DNA from: Bilabrum cf. latius
Taxonomy: Eukaryota
DNA length: 36,372 nt
Assembly (NCBI GenBank): GCA_965178125.1
Contig: CBCXTV010000011.1
Location: 1-36,372 of the forward strand
Reading direction: 5' to 3'
Below the pieces are notes generated by a model, which was not told the DNA's origin, searched no databases, and worked only from the letters and a program-made list of their open reading frames with translations. The position numbers were made by a program, and so were the translations under genes. Of this stretch, positions 26,579 to 36,372 are shown piece by piece. The first letter of the stretch is position 1, and every line of letters begins with the position of its first letter.

Positions 26579-27499
26579 CCTCCGACCGCGGCCGACGCCA
26601 TGGACAGCATGTTTTGCGTATGTCGCAGGCGTTCCGCCGTCTCCTCACGCGCGTTTTCACGCGCGGCGAGTTCTTGTCGTCGGGATCGTTCTCTGTAAAA
26701 AGCCGGGACGGCCCAGCTGCTCTCGTCGTCCCAACTGCGGCCGTTGTTCCCGTTGTTGCCGTTGGAGTAGTACCCCGCATTGTCTGATCGCTGGCGACCC
26801 CACCAGTTCGGCATCAATCCAAGTCGTTGAGGCGCACCGTCGGTGCCGCTTGCGCTGCCGGCGGAGCTCCCGCCGGGTCCCCGCGGCTGTCTGCCGGAGG
26901 TGCACTGGCGTCCCGCAACAAGCGACGCGCCACGTCGCGGTGGATCGGGTCCGCACTGATGCGCAGATGTCGCACCCACGAATGCCACACGCCAAGCTCT
27001 CGTGGTTGACACGGCCCCCAACTGAGCAGTTGTCGCCGGCACACCACGGTGGTGACCCGAGAGATGTAGGTCAAGCGGCACACGACCGCCACTTCAAACC
27101 CGGATTGGCAGTAGTGGTACAAGGCGGCGCCGTAGAGGCCCTGCCGCTGGGCGTCCATACCCCCCCGGCGGCCGGTGCGCTGCGTCGTCCGTACGGAGCA
27201 AAAACGGCGCGGCGGGCGCCACAACTGCCACCGGGGCGGAGGCCAGCATCGGAGACATCGCCAACTCACGCAGGCACCGACTGACACACCACTCACGAGC
27301 TCTTGTGCTTTACTCCAGACGTGTTTCCGGACATTCCCAACTCCATTCGATGCCAGCTTCGTGGCCGGCGATCATCGACACTGGCTCACACATCTCACGT
27401 TCAACGTTCTGCATGGAGTGAAACGCGAGACACACAACCTGACACACCACTCGAGCGCCACACACCGGATGCACTTCAAACGCCCGACCGACATCGAGC

Positions 27500-30400
27500 G
27501 CGCGCTGTCGCAACCTCTGGGCTGCCGCGTGGAACAGCCGCGCGCACGGGCTGCTTGTCGCATCGGCCACGAGAGAACACTACTCGCGACCCACGCCACC
27601 GGCCAACCGCACTGCAGTGGTTCCAACAGCGTTTCGGCGAACTCCTGTTGGGAAGAACGTGCGCCCCTTTCGAAGGTGACTCCAATCTGCCGCAACCGCG
27701 GCCACAAGTACGCATGGGTGTGGTGACGCGACAGCATCGCTGCGCTGAACGGTGGCCATACACTGCGGCTCGGAAGCATCGCGGCGCCCATGCAGAAAGC
27801 CGAATTGGGATTGGCCATCCCAACTCGCACACCGCGACTGAGACGCCCGCGACGGTCGTACACGCCCGCCGTCGAGTGGACGGCGGAAACCGTGTCGGCC
27901 GAGAGGGCCGCCCAAAGGAACACAAACGAGGGCAACGCGCCCTCTTCCTGCACTTGCAACTCCGGCGGGCTGCATCGTTGTATCGTCGCCGCGATGCACG
28001 ACGAGCACAAAGTGCGCGACAGCCATACGCCGTCGTCGACGTACAACAGGCCCACCATGTGGCGGGAAAAATGCCGGGCGCGTGGGATCTGAAGCACCTG
28101 GGCCGGCGACAGTCGGGCCACGGCGAAGGCTCGCGATACACGAATCGCTGCGGCCACCGGGCTGATAGGGCTTCCCTGTGGCAGGCCGTGGCGCTGCTGA
28201 AGCACCTGCGTGCCGATGGCAAACCGGTCGTCCTCATACAGGAACAACAGCGCGGACGCAATGGGCGAGAGCCAGACGCGGGAGAATAGCGGGTCTGCTG
28301 GCGCGCCCCGCCGCACTGGCCGCGGGTGTCCGCGGCTCTGCAGCAGCAAGTCCACCGCTGTGACCTGCTGTGATGTCCACCACAGCAAGAGCTGCTCGCA
28401 TGCCTCAAAGCACGACTTTCGGCCCACCGAAGTGAAGAAGTTGGCCACGTCGACTTTGGTTGCTGCAATCGGGTGCTCCCGATCCTTCCCGCACGACTTG
28501 CACGTATGTGATGCCGTGCGCGCAAGCGGCGCCAACGTCGCTGCCAGCATCTGCGGTAGCTGGTCGGGACTCGGTGCGTCGGGAACGGGCCACGGGCCCA
28601 GAGGACCCCAAGCGCCTTCGCCGCCTTACGGAGGGGCGCCCTGCTGGCGCCTCGCGGCCCCGCCAAGATTGGCCTGACGTGTCCGTGGGACTTATGGCAA
28701 GCCCACTTGCTGCCCATGAAGCACTTCCCTTTATACAAGAGATAGCCCGTCGTGATGCCGACGGGGGCCACGCAACCGGCGCGGACGAGGGCCGGACTTG
28801 AAGAGGAGCTCCTCGACGCGGCTCCGGAGGACTGCCAACGCTGTCTCCGGGCATCGGGGACCTCGACGAACCACGCATCGGCGCGGCCGAAGAAGCTGCG
28901 GACGTGCCGCTGATACACATCAGCTGGCACAAGCGCGCGCCGCGACAAGTCGCGGTCCACAGGGACGCACACCTGCGCCGCGGGAAGCTGCTGCCGCACC
29001 GCCGCAGCGAACGCCAGGGCGGGGGGGCGTCGCGATTGCAATTGTGTGGGTGCGCCAAGTGTCTGTCGAGCAACACGATCTGCAAGCAGCTCTGCCCGCT
29101 CTCTTGTCGATTCATGGAGCTGGAACCAACGTTGCAACCCAGATTGGGGGAGGGTCCGAGCGTCGTCCACATGGTCTGTCTGTGGATACCGCACATGGAC
29201 TGGACATCGCCAGATGAGTTCAAATGATTTTCGCTCCTCGAGACTGCCCGAAGGGTATGGCTGCACAAGTGTCCATTGGACCGCCCGAGCTGCGTGTCGA
29301 TGATCTGACAACTTCTCCGCACTCCCGCGGATGGGGCCCGGTGAGACCCGAAGCCGTGCTGCGACCATCTTTCCCAGGGACTCGCCCGCAACGGGCAACA
29401 CAATCCGCATGATCGCCCGACGCAGGCGGAGCTGGACGTCTCGCACCGATCTTCGGCGCAGAGGCAGCGGCCATTCCGCCGGACTCCATGGCACTAATCC
29501 CTTCTGGAAACGCTCGATTTTCGCTCGGGCCCGACGCATCTTGCGCATGCCCAGGCGTCCGGATCGATGCCAAAGTTCTGCGGCATACTGAATGGGGGTT
29601 GCCACGTCGCTGCCACACGCGGGCCCACGGGGCTCTGGTCCCCTGTTCGCTGAGATACAAGACATCTGCCCAAGAGTGCGCTCCAGAGAACGGTCTAGGT
29701 GGCCCTCCAAGGACCGTCTGCGCGGCTCCACCAGATTGCGCCTGGACGAGCGTCCGCCAGCTGCCGTAGTCAGTGATTCGACGAGGCTGTTGCACATCTT
29801 CCGTGATGCATCGATACACATTCTGAGCGCACTCCGCCAGGCCGGTGCGGCAACTTCGTTGCCATGGCCACGGCCGGGGGCGTAGTCTGGCTCTTCTTCT
29901 CGTGTCCGTAGGTTGTCGGTGTTGCACCGGAGGTTGCAAGCGTCTGATCGCCCGATGTTCTGCATCTGCGACGCATCGGCCGCTCTCTGACCACAAGACA
30001 AGAATGGACTGGTGTTGGGGCGCCCAGCGGCGCCACTCACGGTACCGAGGTCGGCTGCTATCCGGCGACGAGGACTCCAATGCGTCGCGGCATAGTGTTC
30101 TCTCCATCGACCGGCTGCTCCGACCGAGTTGCCCGATCCAACATGGCGTCTGGCAAGCTGCATTCGTCCAAGTACCAAGCATGTGTTTTCTCATGCAAGA
30201 TGACATACAAGCCGTGGAGTGTGGGATCATCAGACAATGCTCGCGACAGCGACTGCCGATGCCATGCATCAAGTGTCGCCCGAGACATCTGGCTCTGCGG
30301 GGCAAGCAACGCCGCCTGAACTTCCGGCGGCAACGCACGCATGGCCACGCGCCATCTACATTGGCGGCTCGGACTCTGAAGCCGGAGCAATGTGACGATG
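27500..30400 (-). mobile_element. Degraded Penelope-like retroelement with N-terminal GIY-YIG endonuclease (boundaries approximate)
   Basis: GIY-YIG-like GLYVILHEKTHAWYL...EHRAIRRLQPPVQ (29921-30215) lies upstream of PLE-type RT motifs VPVDRD, YLLYKGK...HVRPILAG, VDVANFFTSV, QRHGLPQGSPISP, YVDD. Several frameshifts. Confidence 0.75.
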
Positions 30401-32199
30401 CACGACACTGCCGACGCCACGGCCCAAATGCCCGACTGCTGACGGAGGGCCCGATCGGTGTCGGTGTTCCAAGATCTCGCACACAACTCTGTAACATCTC
30501 TCCGCAAGTCTCCACCGGCGGCCCCTGGACCATGGCCGGGCCCCATCCAGGCCCAAGAGCGTCGTGCCCAGGGCCCGCAGGGACTCCCGACCATCCAAGG
30601 GCCCGGCCAGGATGATGTCTGTGGCCGACCATCCGGAGATCCGAAGCAATCTGCGTGCCAGAGGACAATTGGAAGACTGAGCCAGTCTCTCGGAGAGTCC
30701 CCGAAGGACTCTGCTGCCCGGAGAAGACATGGGCATTCAATGCCCAGTTGGATCCGATCAAGAGCGCGAGCTGAAGCAACGAATGCATCCTCTGGGCAGC
30801 CATCGACCGTGGGGTGCTGCCGAGGAGCCGCCGTCGGCGGCGTTGTGTGGCCGCTGCGCGGCCAAGGAGAGGGCTTCCCGCCCTACGGACGGCGACCTGC
30901 CGCCTGGCGCCCGTCAAGGACAGCAAGGTGTACACGAACGTGTTGGCAAGTACGTCACGACTGAGACCACCGACCGACCAAACGGTGTATGGCGCCAGCG
31001 TTTCCTCGATGTGCCCGCGCTCGCCTCGCGGGTCTGCGGCTTTGTCTTGGCTTAGCGCCCTACATCGAGGAGCCTAAAAAACGGCATCGGGCGGAGCACA
31101 CACGTGCGCTTCCGTCGCTCACCTCTCGAGGAACCCCGTGATCATCACTGCGATTGCCACGCCATGCGCCCACGGCATGACTTCAATAAGCACTTCCATT
31201 GTCCGCGCTACGCTGCGCAACACTGCCACAAGCAATCGAAGAATCGTGGCCGCAAGCAAGAACAAAACTTCAAAGAGTTCGAACCAACTGCCAGGTTCAA
31301 CTTCATTGAGCATCTCGTGTTGCTGCCAACCGTCATCATCCAACATCGATCTCCCGTCTGTGTGCCGGCTGCACTCTCTCGCGAGCCATGCGCAGCCACA
31401 CCACAAGACTATGCTGAGCAACACGGTAGCTCTCATAGGAAGGATAGGTCACCTCCGAAGCACCACATCATCACATCAATGACCATTGCAGCCGGCATGA
31501 GCGCGGCTGTAAGGACAAAGCGGCACATCAACAACGGCGCATCGACTGGCCCTTGTACAACCGGCTTGCCGGCTGGCGGGTTGGGCCTTGTCGTGTCGAC
31601 TGGACGTAGGGCTCCCGGTCCACTGCGCGCAGCGGATGGACCTGCCAGGTGTGCCCCCGCCCCGGAGCCTGTATGGGAGCGCGCCCGCCTCCCTTAACTG
31701 CTTGCGCCCGACAGTCGCAAGTCCGCCCGGCGGCTTGAGGAGTGTATGCGGGCGGTGGTTGCTGCGGTTCACCGCGGTGACCTCGACGCCGCCTGGGCCG
31801 CTTGCGAGTTGGCGCTCACTCATTGGCATGCGGCCACCGCTGTCGCCGGCCCCCCTCCGCTCGCGGGGTGCGGTTAAGTGGCAAGTTCCGCACCCGCCTC
31901 CTACAGAGTCCGCTGGACTCCTGCATGCGCGGCGGCGGCTGGCGCTGCTCCAACTTGCTTTTCGGCCCACGCGTCTGGGGCGCATGCTGCCCGCGCCGCG
32001 GCCGAGCATGTGCGGCAAGCTTGCCTCGCCGAGCCACCCGGTGAGTGGTCGGTCGCGCTCGCCGCATGGACGCCGGACGCGCTACCGTCGCTTCTGGCTG
32101 CAGTGTGGAAAGCCGCGCTAAGTGGTACCACTTCTGCACCGACGCATGGCTGGCCCGCGGCCGTGCCATTACTCATGGGTCCGCCGCGACCCCCCGGCG

Positions 32200-34919
32200 G
32201 CCCCGCCGGCTTCTGAGGATCTGCCCCCGCTTGGATCGGCGGCGGATTTGCGCCGGCTGGAGTCATACTGGCACTCGCTTTGGCGGGTTCCCGCTGCCGA
32301 CCTCGACCTTAGGCCATGGGTCTCCCCTTTGGGCGAGCTCCCGCCCATGCCGGACCTGGACCCACTGCGGGGCGAAGCCCTTGCGGAGGTCGTCCGCGCG
32401 GCTGCCAAATCGAAGGCCCCCGGCGCCGACGGTGGACCTACGGCCACATGGCGGTTTGGCCCCCCGTCGTTTACGCCGCGCTCGCTCAACTCCTCATGCT
32501 CGTTGAGCGTCTTGGCCGCTGACCGACCGGCTGGGCCCCCAACACGGTGTGCCTCCTGCCTAAAGGTGGCACTCGTGACCCCGGCGACCGCTGCCCCATC
32601 GTTTTGATGTCTGCGGTCTACCATGTGTGAGCTGCGGGCGCGCGCGCAGCCTTTTCGGGCTTGGCTCCGCGCCGCGGGCGTGCTTCCCCCAGGCATGCGA
32701 GGGGCCGACCAGCAGGCAGGGCTCCTTGGGCTCCACATGGACCTCGCCTTGCGGTTGACTCGTTTGCCGCTTGCCGCATGGGAGCGGATCGCGACAGCCG
32801 CCCGGCTGCCGCCCGCCTAGTGGCGGCCTATGCTGGCGGCCTATCGGCTGCCGCGTTTGGTCCGCACGGATGGATTGGGTGGCTCTGCCCTCACCCCGGT
32901 GTGCGGCCTGGCCCCAAGCTGCCCCGCCGCGACCGACGAGCTTCCCATGGAGCTTTCTCATGGGCGCTTTGGCCGATGGCCACGTTACGGTGGCAACCCT
33001 CGCCGCGGCGCTCGCCGAGCCACGCCGTGGCGGCCCCTGTGACGCGGCCCGCGCAGCCCTGACCCGCGCCGGCGTCCGCATTGAGGGCGCCACTTGGCAT
33101 GGCGCGCACGGCCCGTGTCTGACTGCCCCGCTGACGCGCCCGCGCCTCGTGGTTGAGGACTTTCTCTTCGCCAGCTGGCGCGCGCACCGGTGGGCTCACG
33201 CCTGTGCCACGCGCGCACACTGCTCCCAGGTCCCTCGCCCGGAAATCGACGCGGCCTGTGCTTCGGTGGCGCGCCCGCGCCCCGCGGACCAATTGGGAGC
33301 TCTTCGCGCCGTGCTCGGCGGATCGGCGGTCACGCAGAGCTTGGCCGTCAAGTGGCGAGGGCGGCTCCGCCACGTGCCCCCACTGCTCGGGGGGGCCGAG
33401 ACCTGGCCGCATCGTTTTTGGGTCCGTCCCCGCTGGCAGTCCCACCGCCGCACCTGCGGCATGCAGCGCGCGCCCGCCCTGCCCTCTGTCTGGGCCATGG
33501 GTGTCCTTGCCCAAGACCCCGACCTCTTCGCGGCGCGCGCCGCGGCGGAGTCCTACGATCTGCCGCCGGCCCCGGCCCACCAGTTTCGCACGGTGTGGCT
33601 GGATGGCAGCGCAGTCGACCCCTCCGACCCTCTTTTGCGCCGCGTGCCGTGGTCGGTGGTCTGGCGGGCGGGCGCATAGGCAGGAATGTCCCCGCGGGTG
33701 CCCGGCCCGCAGACCGTGCCCCGGGCCGAGCTCTCGGCCTTGGTGTAGGCGGCGGAAGCGGCTGGGGGCCCGCTGCGCGCCTACTCTGACTGCAGCTATG
33801 TGGTGCATGGGGCGCACGCCCTGCAGGCCGGCCGCATGGCCTACCTCCTGGAGGGCCGGCACGGCGATCTCTGGGCACGCCTTCGCGCGGCGCCCGTTGA
33901 TGTCGTCAAGGTGCCCGCCCATCGAGACCCTCGGGGCGTGCGCCGACGAGTTGGTGCACGAGTTGGTGCCTTGGGCTGGCAATGATGTGGCCGACTGCCT
34001 CGCGAAGCAGGCCGCTCGGCTTCAGCGCGTCCGCCCGGCCCTCCGGGCCAGCCGCGCCCTGGACGAGTTGCAGCTGGCACATGACGTCATCGCCCGGGTT
34101 GAGTGCGCGGCGCTTGAGGCGGCGCGCGGCCCCCAGTGTTGGGCGCGCCACCGCGCGCCCAAGCGCCCCGCCCCGCCGCCCGCTGGGCGTAGCGTGCGGC
34201 CCCGCGTGGAGGCCGCCGAGCACCCGGCTGTGCATCGGTTTGAGTTCGCATGTGGGCCCCCGCACCGGGTTCGGGCAAGGCCGATCACGTGGCTTGCGGT
34301 GTGCTCCCGCTGCGGGATGCGTGCCTCGGGCAGCGGGCGGTGGGCGGCCCTGCTCTCCGTCGGCTGCCACTCCCAGCTCGCCCTTGCCCAAGCGACGCGT
34401 GGTGTGCAGCCCCGCCCGGGGGGTTTTGCCTGCTCGCGCTGCGGGCTGGCGATCCGGTCGGATCGGCGGCGGCTGGCGGGCCTGGCGCGCTGCCCCGTAC
34501 CCGAGCTTGCCCCCCGCTGCGCAGCCTTCGAAGCCGCTTGCCGGCACGAGCGCGCCCGCGTGGGGGCTTTTGTGGCTTGGCTGCGCATGGCAGCCCGCCC
34601 GGCTGACGACGCGCCTGCGCCCGTTGCCCCGGCTCCGGCGGCTCCGCCGCGTGTCGGTTTCTTCTACCGCGGGCACCACCTGCTCGCGCCGCTCGGCGCG
34701 GGCAGTCCCCTCTGCATCAAGTGCGACCGCCTCTGCCGTGCGGCGCGCACGCGTGCTGAGGGGTGCGAACCGCAGCACCCTCTGCCTCCCCGTGCAGTGG
34801 CTGCGTTGCGGGGCGGCCGTTATAACGCCGCGCTCGCCGCGGCCCCAGCATGGGCGGGTTCCCGTGCGGAGGAGGCTGGCTGGGTGCCGCTCGGCGCCGC
34901 TCCCGCCATGCCCGTGTAG
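32200..34919 (+). mobile_element. Degraded non-LTR retrotransposon (LINE) with RNase H and Cys-rich tail; RT core missing
   Basis: KAPGADG and LLPKGG...PIVLMSAVY (RT N-terminus); ETWPHRFW (zf-RVT-like); RNase H WLDGS, QTVPRAEL, YSDCSYV, KVPAH, GNDVADCLAK (33596-34010); C-terminal CxxC pairs. Many stops and frameshifts. Confidence 0.8.
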
Positions 34920-36372
34920 CTTGTGTTCTGACACCTGCCCGGGCTGCCACGGGCGGCCGTTGCTAGGTGTGCCGCGCGTGCAACGCGTCGCCCGGCCGTC
35001 GGCGCGCCCGCGCGCCGCGGTGATTCGTGCTGGGTCCGGGTCCGCCGTCCGGCGTGCGACCGGCACGCGTAGCCGTCGCCGCCCTGCCCGCGGCGCGCGC
35101 GCCCCGCCCCCCCCCGCTCCAAACCCGTGCGGGGCCTCTGCCCCCGCGCGGCGCGCCGGCCGTCGCTGGACAGACGGACGGGCGCGAAGCTTCGATCGTG
35201 TGCGCGGGGCGCCGTCCGGGGGGGGCGCGCTGCCGCGGCGTATTCACCGGCCGGCCGCCCGATGGGGGCGGAACGGATCGCGAGACAATGATCGACGCTG
35301 GCGGCCGCCACCTAGACACCGCGTTGCTGGCCATGGGGACATCCGCAGCGCACGACATGCCGCGCGCGCCTGGGCGTAGCCTTGGCAGCCTGGCTCGGCG
35401 CGGGCGGAGCCGGCCGCCTAGCCCTGCCAACCCGGCCCGACGCGTGGTGCGACGCGTTGGCGCCGGCCGCGCGCCGAGCGGCCCCGATGGGGGCCGCTCC
35501 GCGCTACGCGACGGCGTGAGCGCGGGCGTCGCTACACCCCAGTTTGGGCCCAGTGCGCGGGCCGCAGGCCCTGCATCGCCCCGGATTCGGGACGCCGCGA
35601 TTGCGGCCTCCCGGCTCGGTGGCTTAGGTGAGGACGCCCGCCCGCCGGCATCCGATGGGATCGCTGGCAGGCGGCATGCCCCGTTGGACCCTGCGGGGGC
35701 CGCGGGAGCCGTGGCCGGCGGCGCCCCGGGGGGATGACGCCCGGCCTGCAGCGCCGTCTTGTGCGCCAGGGACGGGCATGAGGCGGCTTACAACGGCGGC
35801 TTCGCCGGCCGGGGCCGGGTGGGCGGCTTAAGACCCCGCCGGCCGCGGTGCGCGTGTGCGCGTTTCTTCGGCAGCCCGGGCCGATGGGCCCGGATCGCGC
35901 TCCGGCGCGGCGGCGCGTCGCGCTTGTGCGTGTGCATGTTCGGCCGCTCGCGGCCAGGCGGACCCTTGGGACCGCGGCCGCTTCCGCACGTTGTGTTTGT
36001 GTTGCGGCACTTTCGTCACACTTTTCCCAGCCGCGAAATTGTCATGTTCCCGTCCACCTGTTGCATCGGCAGGGTCTGGGTGCCGCGAAACTTGCGGCCC
36101 AAGACAATCGGTCATAGATGCAAAGGTGCTCATGGCGGCGGAGGGAGAAGCAAAACCCAGCCGCGCGCACTTCCAGACAGGGTCTGCCGATTGGTGTGGA
36201 GCTGACTGTGTGGGCACCTATTGTCGACGAAGCTCGTTCGCGCATCCGATGCTTGCGGTCAAGTCTAGCCAAAACTGTCCCTAGGGTGGGCGGCAAGGCT
36301 AGAACCTGCTGCTGCAAATGTGGCCAGAGCCACAACTGTGGAGCTGCTTTCTTTGACACTCGAACAAGGCCA

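Noticed and set aside
27345-27390. Hammerhead ribozyme near the Penelope-like 3' end
   Set aside because: Only partial GATGA...GAA similarity; CUGANGA/GAAA core and stems are not intact.
34920-36372. Arg/Ala/Pro-rich ORFs at the right end
   Set aside because: Explained by very high GC; no recognisable domain or structure.

Overview
GC-rich, repeat-dense eukaryotic DNA, most likely dinoflagellate (inferred from the retroelement repertoire, a GC-donor exon and spliced-leader-like motifs). The centrepiece is a young, unusually large (19.8 kb, 6761-26578, minus strand) Ty1/copia-type LTR retrotransposon. It has 262-bp LTRs (260/262 identical), a tRNA-iMet-type PBS and the order Gag-(RING)-PR-IN-RT-RNase H. 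After RNase H come a Gig2/PARP-like ADP-ribosyltransferase-like domain and about 2,200 further codons of unknown function. The sense strand carries 13 dispersed copies of a ~41-46-nt stem-loop with a near-invariant 23-nt core (UGUGGAUGCCGAUCGGCUGAAGC) closed by outer stems that differ in sequence but are always complementary. This is the strongest candidate for an undescribed RNA signal. The 3' LTR is preceded by a non-purine tract that is exactly duplicated inside the element, like a central PPT. The flanks contain a degraded DIRS/Ngaro-like tyrosine-recombinase retroelement, a probable host START-domain exon, a degraded Penelope-like element with N-terminal GIY-YIG, and a degraded RNase H-containing LINE.
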